Source: Asterionella formosa (taxonomy: Eukaryota). Taken from it: a stretch of DNA of 31,972 nucleotides. The stretch spans positions 62,001 through 93,972 of the forward strand of contig NKIB01010224.1 of the NCBI GenBank assembly GCA_002256025.1, in the 5' to 3' direction. The notes below the pieces were generated by a model. That model did not search any database, had not been told where the DNA came from, and saw nothing but the letters and a program-made list of their open reading frames with translations. Positions 9,447 through 19,510 of the stretch are shown here, one piece after another. Both the position numbers and the translations under genes were made by a program. Position 1 is the first letter of the stretch. Each line of letters opens with the position of its first letter.

Positions 9447-12079
9447 ATGTCCCAAGACGATGGCGCCGTTGACAGGTCAAACTACCCGGACTACGGCCAA
9501 GATGAAGGTACGTTTGTGTATGTGTCGCGGAAGCAATGGGGCCTTCCTTCGACAGCACCCCATTCAATGCTCTGCAAACTAACATTCATTGTCCTTCGTT
9601 GCTTCCGTCAGAAACGTTTCGAAAGTTCATTCAAGAGCACACCATTTTGACCAACGCGGAGACTGATACGGAGGATGACGACGACATGATCCCAGCTGCT
9701 GCCAACGCCAACCTCCGGCGCGTTCCTTGCTACGGCCCGCTGCTGCAACGCATCAAGGATCGGCACTATTTTGACGAAGAGTCGTACACCTTTATCGTCG
9801 AACTGCCACTGTCCGAACTCGTCGCGTGGGATGGCATAAGGGGTATGGATTTGGCACAGCGGGCAATCAAGAATACCATGCGGTACCATGAACTGTTTTG
9901 CAAGGTGCTGGACGAGACACTCCAGGGCATGACCACCACAGAGATGTGGCCGGCGAGAGACACTATCGATATACTTCACGATCAGCGGTTGACGCAGCAA
10001 GCGCTTAGAGATGCACAGCGCGGGGCGCCAAACAATCCACTTGAGGGTGGAGTGATGAATGATCAACAAAATCAGGCCACTGCCAATCCTGGTGGTGCGA
10101 CAGAAGACTTTCCTCCCCTATTGATGCGCCGGTATGAGCTTCACATTCTTCCGCTGGGCCGACGCGGATCCATGTCTCCTTTCGCCAATCAACACTTTCC
10201 CAAGGCATTGGATGGTGAAACGGAAGACGGAGGAGTCTTTCTTCGCTATATTCGCTCTCGCAGTATGGGAAGGTTAGTGACCATTCGAGGTATGATTGTC
10301 AGAGCTTCCGACGTCAAGCCCATCAACACCGTGGCTACATATACATGCGACGCTTGCGGCTGCGAAGTATATCAAGTCTTAGCCAATCAACGAGAATTTC
10401 TACCACAACGAGTTTGCCCGTCTGCAGAATGTACAGGAAAACCAGGTGCTAGGGTGGATACGCTTCATTTGCAAACAAGAGGTAGCAAGTTTGTTAAATT
10501 TCAAGAGCTAAAACTACAAGAATTGCCTAATCAAGTTCCCATGGGTCATATTCCACGGTCCATGAGTGTGCATTGCAGGGGCGAGCTCACGAGGTTGGCC
10601 ACGCCCGGAGATGTTGTCACGATTGATGGGATTTTCCTGCCGCAGAAGATTGCAGAAAGTGGGTACCGGGCCATGCAGGCCGGCTTGGTGTCCACCACAT
10701 TTTTGGAAGCGCATAATTTGGTAGTGCACAAGAAATCCTACGACGAATCTAACATGGCTGGCATGTCGGAAGAAGAGGCGACTAAAATGAAGGAAGCGAT
10801 GGATGAGGTGATGAATAGTGATGACCCCCTTGGTGCTCTGTCGGCTGGCATCGCCCCTGAAATTTTTGGACATGAAGATATCAAGCGTTCTCTGTTGCTT
10901 CAGTTAGTAGGTGGATGTACTCGTAAACTCCCGGATGGAATGCGCATTCGCGGAGATATCAATATTTGTTTGATGGGAGATCCTGGGGTAGCCAAATCAC
11001 AACTTCTAAAACATGTCGCATCCATTGCTCCTCGAGGTGTGTATACTACGGGAAAGGGCTCGTCAGGTGTTGGTTTGACTGCCGCTGTCACCAAGGACAT
11101 GGCGACAGGAGAAATGGCGTTGGAAGGTGGAGCCTTGGTGCTGGCAGATCGGGGGATATGTGCAATTGACGAGTTTGACAAGATGGACGAGTCGGATCGA
11201 ACAGCAATTCATGAAGTGATGGAACAACAAACGGTGAGCATTGCCAAGGCTGGTATCGTGGCGACACTCAATGCTCGTGCTGCTGTCTTGGCAGCAGCCA
11301 ATCCACTTTATGGACGTTACAATCGCAAAAAGTCCTTGTCGGAAAACATAAATCTTCCCAACTCACTTTTAAGCCGCTTCGATTTGATGTTTTTAATTTT
11401 GGACGTTGCTGACCACGAAAAAGATATGGCCTTGGCTAGGCACGTCACCTTTGTGCACCAAAACGAAGGCCTCGGTAAGAAAAAGAATGACCAACAACCC
11501 AACGTAATAGAAGACGACGACGAAGAGCCCGAACAAATGGAGTCCAAAGTTACCCCCCAGGTCCTTCGCGAATACATTGCCCGTGCCCGAAAATACCACC
11601 CCTTTGTCACTAGGGATGTGGCTCCTTATATCTGTGAAGCCTACGTGGCGTTACGCCAGGAATCGCGTGGCCCAAAGGGCCAAAATGATCAAACGGCCAT
11701 GACAGCACGTCAGCTCCTATCGATACTTCGCTTGAGCCAAGCCATTGCTCGTCTTCGATTCTCGGATTTTGTCGCTCGCGAAGATGTTGATGAAGCAATT
11801 CGATTGACTCACATGTCCAAGGCAAGTTTGGACGAGCACTCACATGTGGCTGCCGTGGGTGGCCGGAGTGGCGACGATGTTACAAGCAAGATATTTGAAA
11901 TTATACGGAATGCAGGCACCATGTCCGTGGGGAATGCAGTGGAATTGTCGATGTTGGGACCAATGGTGCTGCGCAAAGGGTTTACGCAAGAGCAACTGGA
12001 GGCATGTTTGAAGGAGTACGAAGAGTTGGAGATTATTCAAGTGAACAGCAATCGAACGACAGTCTTTTTCTTTACGTAA
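9447..12079 (+). CDS. MCM7: DNA replication licensing factor MCM7; exons 9447-9507 and 9612-12079
   Basis: MCM7-type Walker A context GDINICLMGDPGVAKSQLL, Walker B IDEFDKM, arginine finger SRFD, zinc finger CDACG...CPSAEC, QVPMGHIPRS. Intron GTACGT...CTAAC...TCAG joins MSQDD...DE to ETFRKF in frame. Confidence 0.97.
9508..9611 (+). other. Spliceosomal intron of MCM7 (104 nt)
   Basis: GTACGT donor, CTAAC branch site near 9579, CAG acceptor; splicing restores the frame. Confidence 0.85.
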
Positions 12080-12165
12080 AAGAAATCGTCCAAGGAAAAA
12101 GTCTAAGTCAATCATACTTTCACAATATGCCAAGAACTAGAACGCTCTATCTTCTTTTCCGATTG

Positions 12166-12669
12166 CTACAGCGTCAGTTCTGTTTCGCTGACGACGATCC
12201 CATCACTATCTGCGTACACCCAATGCCCGGGCACAAATTCGACGCCACCAAAAGCCACGGGCACGCTTCGTTCGCCCATGTGTGTTTTGATCGACTTGAC
12301 TGGATGCGTCGATAATGCCTTGACTCCCACAGAAATGGTCCTTATCACAGCCGAGTCTCGAATGCATCCGTTGATGATCAGTCCAGCCCAGTTGTTTTCT
12401 TGTGCCATTGTAGCCAGCATATCTCCAAGAATCGCGCACCGTGCACTACCTCCGCCATCCACAACCAAGACTCGTGCATTCCCAGGCTCTGCCAGTGTTT
12501 TCCGAACCAATGGATTGGATTCAAAACATCGGATGGTTTCAATTTGGCCAGAAAACGAAGTTTTCCCTCCGTAATCTTGAAAGAGGCCAGGTTCGACGAC
12601 AAAGAGTCGACAAGGGGAAGCCACGTATTTGTCGCATAAATCAGCAGTGGCTGGCGAGAATGTCGTCAT
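12166..12669 (-). CDS. rraA: RraA-family protein (HMG/CHA aldolase-like; regulator of ribonuclease activity A), 167 aa
   Basis: [61 protein letters not shown]. Confidence 0.93.
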   Translation of the reverse strand: MTTFSPATADLCDKYVASPCRLFVVEPGLFQDYGGKTSFSGQIETIRCFESNPLVRKTLAEPGNARVLVVDGGGSARCAILGDMLATMAQENNWAGLIINGCIRDSAVIRTISVGVKALSTHPVKSIKTHMGERSVPVAFGGVEFVPGHWVYADSDGIVVSETELTL

Positions 12670-12817
12670 TGTGGCTCGAAGACGTGGTCGCTGTTTATTC
12701 GTTGGCAGAAAGATTTATTGATGTGACGGCAAACGCTTCTGGGAAGCTGGTAATCAATGGAATGAGATGCCGGTACTTCTTGACAGGCTATCATACCGTC
12801 ATGATTTACATGATTTG

Positions 12818-12835
12818 GTACCAGGTACCTGGTAC
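12818..12835. repeat. Perfect 18-bp palindrome GTACCAGGTACCTGGTAC
   Basis: Self reverse-complementary; lies in the divergent rraA/TIPIN intergenic region. Confidence 0.8.
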
Positions 12836-13181
12836 ACTATGCACGATTGTCTGTGTTGTTGTCGTTCATTATCCCAACGTAGTAGGTGAAGTATCTAACT
12901 AGAAGTAGTAACGGCAGTATTTGTTGAATATGTGATCTAATTAATCTTACATACAACTTGTTTCCCAAGTTGACATCAAAGTATACAATACCGGTAGGTG
13001 TTACCGTTGTCGAGTTCTGATATTTTTGATATAACCCTAACCCTGTATACATCTGTATCGATTTGCAGGATCGCTCACCAGGTATCAGCATTTATGTAAG
13101 GTCGACTACTAGTAAGTATGGTACTACCGGTATGTAGCACTACATAGTGGGATGTATAACCAAGGGAAATAGAAGAATGAG

Positions 13182-13192
13182 GGCGCGCCAAA
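13182..13192. promoter_or_regulatory. E2F-type element GGCGCGCCAAA upstream of TIPIN
   Basis: Same 11-mer and orientation as upstream of MCM7; about 245 bp before the ATG at 13438. Confidence 0.6.
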
Positions 13193-13437
13193 AATTTATT
13201 TCAAGTATTCGGTATATAAGATATGGTAAGGCCTTCCTGGTAGACTATAAAGTGTTGCAACTACCGGTATACATTTGACATACATTCACATGAACAAAAG
13301 GAGTAACATAAAATGATGTACCGGAATCGTTTGTTATAGTTGATATTCAACATACAAAACACACTTAAATCCTGCGTTTGTGTGCCTTCATTCAAGCATT
13401 GTCAACAGCCAACTAAACAAACAGAATAGTTCACACC

Positions 13438-15201
13438 ATGTCCATCGTAGGTCAACGATCCAATCGTTCTGAGAGAATCTCCCGCTTTGCTGATTCCAGT
13501 GACGACGAAGACGACGAGGAAGAACGCCTCCTCTCGGAAGCACACGGTGAAGCCTCAGAAGCGCCGACCTCCAACAAACGAGGACTCAAGGAAGAAGATA
13601 TTGAAGCTGAATACTCCAAGATGAAGCCCAAGAAACCTAGAGTCGTTTTGACCGAATCTGATTTGACGGGTATGAAAGGTCTCATTCGAATTCCTACTGA
13701 ATTCTCCAGGCTGCAATTCAATACTAAGTCAAAGTCCAAAGTGGATGCCGCTGCGTTGTATGCAAAGCAACTTTGCCAAAAATACAAGTCTTTTTGTTAC
13801 GATCTGTTTCCTGGGATGGCTATGGAAGATGTCTTGGCACGTGTGGAAGCCTTTGGGAGTCGAAAGCCAGTCAAATCGTACTTGAACACCATGAGAGAAG
13901 AAGCCCGCAACAAACACTTGGAAGCAGTTGTTGGAAAGGAGACTGCCGAGCGGTGGATACAAGAACTGCAAGAAGGAATGGCTCAGAGTGAAGTGTCCAT
14001 TGAGGATGAGGAGCCGTGCACTTCTGTGGAACTGCCTCGGACCACCAGATCAGTTGCGTCCGAACCGTTGGGCCAGGAACTCCGTTCGAGTCGAACTCCG
14101 ACTACGAAAACTGCGGACACGACCTCGTCGCGCCTTGTTGATACCGACGACGAAGATGAAGCTATGTTAAATGATGTTGTTCTTACCAAGAGGAAAGTGA
14201 TTCTTGATGACAGCGACGATGACGAAGCTATGGCAGCTGAAAACAATTCAGATGGCATGTTCACAAGTCACGAGCAAGCCGATACCTCCCAAGCAAGTGA
14301 CGGGGAAGCTGTACAAGCAACGAAAGAAATCGAGGAAACTGTGGAAGAATTTCAGGAAGAAGGCAAAATGGAGACCAGTAAGGTTGCTGAATTTAGGAGT
14401 ATGGCGACCGCAGCGAGCGATGACGAGGTGGAAATGGATTTTGGAGAATCCTCCGTCCACGAAGAAGCCAAGACGGAAATCTCGTCGAGTGGACGAACGA
14501 ACAGTTATATTGAACAAGCCGACGTATCTCAGCCTACGGAATCTAGTTCAGAGATTCTAATTCAGCTGGGAACAGAAACTCAAACGACGGCCACTAGTCA
14601 GGACTTTCCCCTGACAATGGAGAGCAATGCACAAAGTTTACTTGCCACTGGCCATTCTATTGTTCGTAGTAAGATGCAGGCTCGTCTCGATGACAGCGAT
14701 GTCGATGAACCGGTCAAAGTAGGCGACAAATTTGGGTTTGAAGAAGCAACATTGACTATAAATTTGAAGCAATCAGATGTTGCCCACATAACTCACGACG
14801 AAACAAGAGAAGAGAAGAATGGACATGAGGTTCAAGTTGTGCTACGTAACGACAACAATGAGATCGAGAAGGAGGCTACGTTTGATAGAAGACCAATAGA
14901 AACAAGTGATGATGTAATGTGTATGCAACTGGAAGTGACTGAGGTAGACGAGAAACCAAACAAGGAGTCATGGTTGAGTAGCCCCACAGACAGTGTCGTT
15001 GAGAAAGCCGACGTCTCTCAACCCTCTGAATCGAGTCAAGAGATACCAACTCAATTGGAATCAGAAACTCAAGTAAAGTTCACTTGTCAGGACTTGACCT
15101 CAGACAGTGTCATTGAGAAAGCCGACGTCTCTCAACCCTCTGAATCGATTCAAGAGATACCAACTCAATTGGAACCAGAAACACAAGTAAAGTTCACTTG
15201 A
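13438..15201 (+). CDS. TIPIN: Replication fork protection complex subunit TIPIN/Csm3/Swi3 with long acidic repetitive tail, 587 aa
   Basis: Swi3-domain pattern KKPRVVLTESDLTGMKGL...LCQKYKSFCYDLFPGM..EDVL.RVE.FGS...VKSYL..MR; the remainder is acidic, low-complexity and SQ/TQ-rich. Confidence 0.8.
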   Translation: MSIVGQRSNRSERISRFADSSDDEDDEEERLLSEAHGEASEAPTSNKRGLKEEDIEAEYSKMKPKKPRVVLTESDLTGMKGLIRIPTEFSRLQFNTKSKSKVDAAALYAKQLCQKYKSFCYDLFPGMAMEDVLARVEAFGSRKPVKSYLNTMREEARNKHLEAVVGKETAERWIQELQEGMAQSEVSIEDEEPCTSVELPRTTRSVASEPLGQELRSSRTPTTKTADTTSSRLVDTDDEDEAMLNDVVLTKRKVILDDSDDDEAMAAENNSDGMFTSHEQADTSQASDGEAVQATKEIEETVEEFQEEGKMETSKVAEFRSMATAASDDEVEMDFGESSVHEEAKTEISSSGRTNSYIEQADVSQPTESSSEILIQLGTETQTTATSQDFPLTMESNAQSLLATGHSIVRSKMQARLDDSDVDEPVKVGDKFGFEEATLTINLKQSDVAHITHDETREEKNGHEVQVVLRNDNNEIEKEATFDRRPIETSDDVMCMQLEVTEVDEKPNKESWLSSPTDSVVEKADVSQPSESSQEIPTQLESETQVKFTCQDLTSDSVIEKADVSQPSESIQEIPTQLEPETQVKFT

Positions 15202-15211
15202 CAGGACTTGA
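14987..15211 (+). repeat. 114-bp tandem direct duplication at the TIPIN 3' end (2 copies, 5 mismatches in 111 bp)
   Basis: Copies start at 14987 and 15101 (cagacagtgtc...caggacttga); an older diverged copy lies at about 14510-14610. Confidence 0.95.
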
Positions 15212-15334
15212 TATTTTCTACGGAGACTCTGTGAGAGCAAGAAAGCAAATAAGAAGGCCCTATAAGGACTATTGAAAAAGTAAAGCAACTTCTCAGTCTG
15301 CAGCTTAACTATAAAGGATTTACAACAAATTGCT

Positions 15335-16393
15335 TCAATTCGCCAACAATAGCCCAAGTCGGAGCGCTTCGGGACATCCAACGCCTTCACATTGCGTAAC
15401 AGCCACAATTTGTTTCTCAAGATATGCTCTCGCCAAATACTTATCTTTCAGGCCCATGAGCGCAACCTGGTATCCATAGTTGAGGAGGGGCATCGTAAAC
15501 ACGCCACTGCCGATTCCCTGTTCGTGAAGTAATGCAATACATTGGTCGATAACTTGAATGGCTCGCTGGTGTTGACCTTGTCGAACCATATTCGGAAGGG
15601 AGGCATGGAGATCATGTAACTTGACCATTCGAGCGTCGCCGGCGCCGCCGTCGTCTTCGGAACACATGTCGCACATGCAATGAAACGAGAATCCTTCGCT
15701 TAAAAAGGATCGTCTCCCAGCCGTATCTAGGCACTCTGAAGGCCCGTAAGAGGTAAGCAGCTCCTCTCCCGCAGCAATATTCCGTGTGGCAAATACCAGT
15801 GTCTTTTGCATGTCCTTTCTCCATGTATGGTTGACATTGGGACGGCAGCTGTGGTTAATCCTTGCCAGCGCCAAGCAGAGGCCACCATCGTCTTCTCCCT
15901 TGAGCCGATAGCTATTGGTTTGAAAGACCCCATGAGGTGTGGGGATTCCAGCATTCGCATCTAGCCATTTTCCACAGACTGACAAGTCCATTACGGCCCT
16001 CTGCTGCGCCTGAGTTAATTGGTCAAAATCAGCTTGAACAGCTTCGGCGTGCAAACGCTCTGCTTCTTCTCGACTGGATGCGGCTTGATGATTGGGGATC
16101 CGCAGCATGACAGCCTCACGAAATATTTCTTCTCCCAGCGCAAATGATCGGAGTGCCCGCAAGCCTTTTCCTCGGGACGCATCAAAGACAAACACGTCAA
16201 AATTCATGCTACATACGGGGCGATGAAGAGGCCAGTCATGTTTCTGACATTCCTTGGTGCAATATGACACTATCCTGCAGCGACCACATACAAGCCTGGT
16301 AGTTATGTCGCTGACTGCTTCGTTGCAGCTGGAGCATATTGTTGGCCTTCTAGCAACATCGACCGGAATTTTCGGCGAGGAGGACGACATCAT
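15335..16393 (-). CDS. MYND zinc finger + SET domain lysine methyltransferase (SMYD/Set5-like), ~352 aa
   Basis: MYND CSSC...CGRC...YCTKECQKHDWPLHRPVC; SET motifs GKGLRA, RINHSCRPN, ELLTSY; post-SET CMCDMC. First ATG is 16393 (the ORF-track start at 16411 is TTG). Confidence 0.92.
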   Translation of the reverse strand: MMSSSSPKIPVDVARRPTICSSCNEAVSDITTRLVCGRCRIVSYCTKECQKHDWPLHRPVCSMNFDVFVFDASRGKGLRALRSFALGEEIFREAVMLRIPNHQAASSREEAERLHAEAVQADFDQLTQAQQRAVMDLSVCGKWLDANAGIPTPHGVFQTNSYRLKGEDDGGLCLALARINHSCRPNVNHTWRKDMQKTLVFATRNIAAGEELLTSYGPSECLDTAGRRSFLSEGFSFHCMCDMCSEDDGGAGDARMVKLHDLHASLPNMVRQGQHQRAIQVIDQCIALLHEQGIGSGVFTMPLLNYGYQVALMGLKDKYLARAYLEKQIVAVTQCEGVGCPEALRLGLLLAN

Positions 16394-16983
16394 GGATGCG
16401 AGTGAACACAATTTGCTGTGTGGAGTATAATATATTTAGATTGCTGCCTGTTATTTTATATACCGGTACTGGTTTACAGACAAGGACAGACGCGATGGTG
16501 CCATACCACGCAAGGCCCCGTATCGAAGGAGTCGTCGAAGCTGAGACATTTACGGTATCCAATTTCTTATAGCGACAATGTGACTACCAGGTACCACGTA
16601 GTACTCCTACCAGATACTCCATAGCAGGTACCAGGGGTACCCTAGTATCAAATTTGTTACTCCACCACAACGCCAAGAATTGGTCTCGGAAAGGTTTTAG
16701 GAATCTTTTTTCATCTCCCACACTGAGCAGAACCTTTGATGATTGGTTGTTCGCTCAGCGTCATTTGCGTTTTAGCAATACACAAAAAATAGACTACATT
16801 ACCGGTAATCTCATTTATGATTTGAGTACCTGGTGCCTGATGGTACCGTAACATAGGCTCTTATTTTAACTCTTGTTTCATGGGAGTTGTCCATAACTGC
16901 GTGAAAATGCTTGCGGTTCTAGACACATAGTTAGTATCTATGATAACATCCGTAACATTTTGGTGTATATGAACATGTTGATG

Positions 16984-17199
16984 AGATTCGAGGTGAGTTG
17001 TAAATAGATTCGTTTGCAAGATGCAATGTTGATTCGACGTTCACTCAGCGTTACCGCTCGTATAGCCGAGTAAAATTTCGACGATGAATCAAGAAAAAAC
17101 CACCAACCGGTGTAAGTATTCTATCGTAGTGTTTGATAGTTTTTTTGTCGAGAAGATTCGAGGTGAGTTACAGATTCAAATGAAGGTGCCCAGATTCGA
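16984..17199. repeat. Duplicated ~50-bp upstream module with exact 16-bp core AGATTCGAGGTGAGTT
   Basis: Core at 16984-16999 and 17154-17169; each core is followed by two more GATTC motifs. Confidence 0.8.
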
Positions 17200-17554
17200 T
17201 TTGGGTCAGGAGGTGCAGTCACAACTATCCCTAACATTGAAGGGGAAAAGAGGGTATTTGAATCTTTAATGAATCTTCCTTTTCAGCGTTAGTGGAGGGC
17301 TTCCCCCAACTTCTTTCGTAGAACATCTCACTTGCGTCTGGAACCAGTGGCTGGGTCAGACGCGCATCAGAAGTTTCATGATCAAAGTCATCTGAAACTG
17401 CTTCTGCTCACCTTGCATTGACGCAAGCAAGGTTGCCATTTGGGAACACACCCAAAACGATAGATGTCTGCTCTCGTGATAATTCGCAATCATACTTTTC
17501 TTTTTGATTGCACTTGTTCGACCCCTTCTACACTAATTTACTGCATTGAACACA

Positions 17555-19510
17555 ATGGCTTCTTGTACCGCCAACTTAAGTGACAAAACCGAGGACCCTG
17601 TGAGCGTCGCTCCAACTTCCGACATTCCTGTCACTAGTTTGACTTCTTCCTCAGTCGTCAGCAACGGTAGTGCGTTTTCGTGTCACGTGTCGCATATTCC
17701 AAGAACTGTGTCTGTAAGCGGAAGCGTGCAGCTCCCATCAAGTACCAATAGCTCAGTTTCTTCTGGGGGTCAGCATGTTATGGGTGCCACCACCAAAGTC
17801 GGCGACGATGAAACTGTGTCTGTAGCACCTGAAATGGTGTTCACTAACAGGCATCATGTCCAAGATTCACTTGATGAATCTTCTATTGGAATCGTTGGAA
17901 AGAAACGCGCAATTTCGAGAAAGGTGTCCGATGCAGAAGGTGATGATATCAGTTTGGTCAATGCGTCCTCCAAGAAGCGCAAAGTTGTTTCTGCAAACCA
18001 GCCCGGTACAGTTCAATCATCATTACGTATGCTCGGCGGACCTGAGGATAGCAAGGTGTTGAATCCTCTTCACATCTTTGTTCGCATGCAAATTGAAGTG
18101 TTTGTAGCTACAGCTCGTGATATGGCCCAGCCTTCTCCTGGGCGCAAGAACCCTGTCCGTCTTAATCAAGTTGGACTCCGTTGCATTCACTGCAAGAACC
18201 TCCCTTCCCGCGACCGTGTCAAACGCGCTGTCTGCTATCCCAGCAGTGTGGGACGTGTATACCACTCTGCGAGCGACATGAAGTTCGACCACTTTCCTGC
18301 CTGTCGTGGCCTTAGCGTAGAGCTCCGTCAGGATTTTGAGACACTTAAGGGCCAATGCAAACGTCGTGGCGAGCGAGGGGGCAAAACTCATTCTTCCACT
18401 GCTCAATACTACCACGACTCAGCTCACTTGATGGGTATGGAAGACTGCGGTAATGGTATTTTTATGAGAGAGGATTCAATGAGCTCGCAGTTGTCAAGTG
18501 CTGCGTCTACGTCCATGAAAAATGTTACATCTATTCCTACTTCTCTGCACTTGCCAGCTCCTGTGTGTGCCCCAAGAATCCTCCCCCAGACACAGATGTC
18601 TTCGCCAGCGATTGCCCCTGCACCGTCTGCCCAACAAAGTCCGGATACCAGCAAGAATGTTGGCATGCATGCCTTTAACACACACTTGATAGCCTTGGCT
18701 TATCAGCAGTCTAGTCTCAAGCGCAGCAACGCCTCTAATTCGTTAAATCTTGCGCAGGCTCCCTTGTCCCAGCAGCAGCTGACCCTTCCGAATATTTCTA
18801 ATAACTCAGGGTTTCATGAGATGACAAAATTTTCTGAGCCGTCCTCTTCCACTCCCGGTAACTTTCGTGAAAGCTCCGCTTTGGCTTGCCCCCTCGATGC
18901 TCAATACCTGAATCCACTTCATTGCTTTGTCCGTCGTCACGTGGAGGTCTTTGCAGCCACCAAGGCAGACCTTTCCGCGCCTTCTCCTGGTCGCAAGAAC
19001 CGTGTCCATCTCGGCCAGGTTGGTATTCGCTGCACTCGATGTGCCCACTTGGCCCTGAAAGACCGTGTTAAACGTGCTATTTGCTACCCTCCGTCCGTGA
19101 GTGGCATTTACCACTCAGTTTCCAACATGAAATTTGATCACTTCGCCGCCTGCCGCGGTCTCTCCCCCGACCATCGTGCCGAGTTCGCCGCCCTTCGTGC
19201 AAACTGCAACCGTCGCGGTGGATCTACCAGCAATGGAGCACGCGGCATGTCGAACTCGACGGCGCAGTATTATCACGATTCTGCCATCCGACTTGGACTA
19301 GTCGATACTCCTGATGGCATTCGATTCCATGAGCAATACAGCGGAGTGACGAGATCAAATGAGGGTAGCAAACCCGTCTCGGACGGAATTTCGGCCTTGA
19401 TGTTCGCCGCCACCGATCCGACAGTCCGGGCTGAATATGAGCGTTCTCGCTCTGTTGTTTCCCAGTACGTTAGTGTTATTTCTTCCAGTCGCAGTGTTGA
19501 AGAAATTTAA
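17555..19510 (+). CDS. Uncharacterised diatom-type protein with two copies of a Cys/His domain; putative transcription factor, ~651 aa
   Basis: Two ~135-aa repeats LNPLH.FVR..EVF.AT..D...PSPGRKN.V.L.QVG.RC..C...RA.CYP.SV...YHS.S.MKFDHF.AC.GL...STAQYYHDSA..G..D...GI; NLS-like KKRK; Ser/Pro/Gln-rich linkers; first ATG 17555. Confidence 0.85.
   Translation: MASCTANLSDKTEDPVSVAPTSDIPVTSLTSSSVVSNGSAFSCHVSHIPRTVSVSGSVQLPSSTNSSVSSGGQHVMGATTKVGDDETVSVAPEMVFTNRHHVQDSLDESSIGIVGKKRAISRKVSDAEGDDISLVNASSKKRKVVSANQPGTVQSSLRMLGGPEDSKVLNPLHIFVRMQIEVFVATARDMAQPSPGRKNPVRLNQVGLRCIHCKNLPSRDRVKRAVCYPSSVGRVYHSASDMKFDHFPACRGLSVELRQDFETLKGQCKRRGERGGKTHSSTAQYYHDSAHLMGMEDCGNGIFMREDSMSSQLSSAASTSMKNVTSIPTSLHLPAPVCAPRILPQTQMSSPAIAPAPSAQQSPDTSKNVGMHAFNTHLIALAYQQSSLKRSNASNSLNLAQAPLSQQQLTLPNISNNSGFHEMTKFSEPSSSTPGNFRESSALACPLDAQYLNPLHCFVRRHVEVFAATKADLSAPSPGRKNRVHLGQVGIRCTRCAHLALKDRVKRAICYPPSVSGIYHSVSNMKFDHFAACRGLSPDHRAEFAALRANCNRRGGSTSNGARGMSNSTAQYYHDSAIRLGLVDTPDGIRFHEQYSGVTRSNEGSKPVSDGISALMFAATDPTVRAEYERSRSVVSQYVSVISSSRSVEEI

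Noticed and set aside
9536..9611. ORF-track N-terminus of MCM7 (MGPSFDST...)
   Set aside because: Lies within the predicted intron; the real start is 9447
12166..12669. Recent bacterial horizontal transfer of rraA
   Set aside because: RraA-like genes are widespread in plants, fungi and algae, and nothing in composition or context marks it as foreign; a phylogeny would be needed
14987..15211. CRISPR-like array or LTR pair
   Set aside because: In-frame coding tandem duplication with no spacers, in a eukaryotic gene
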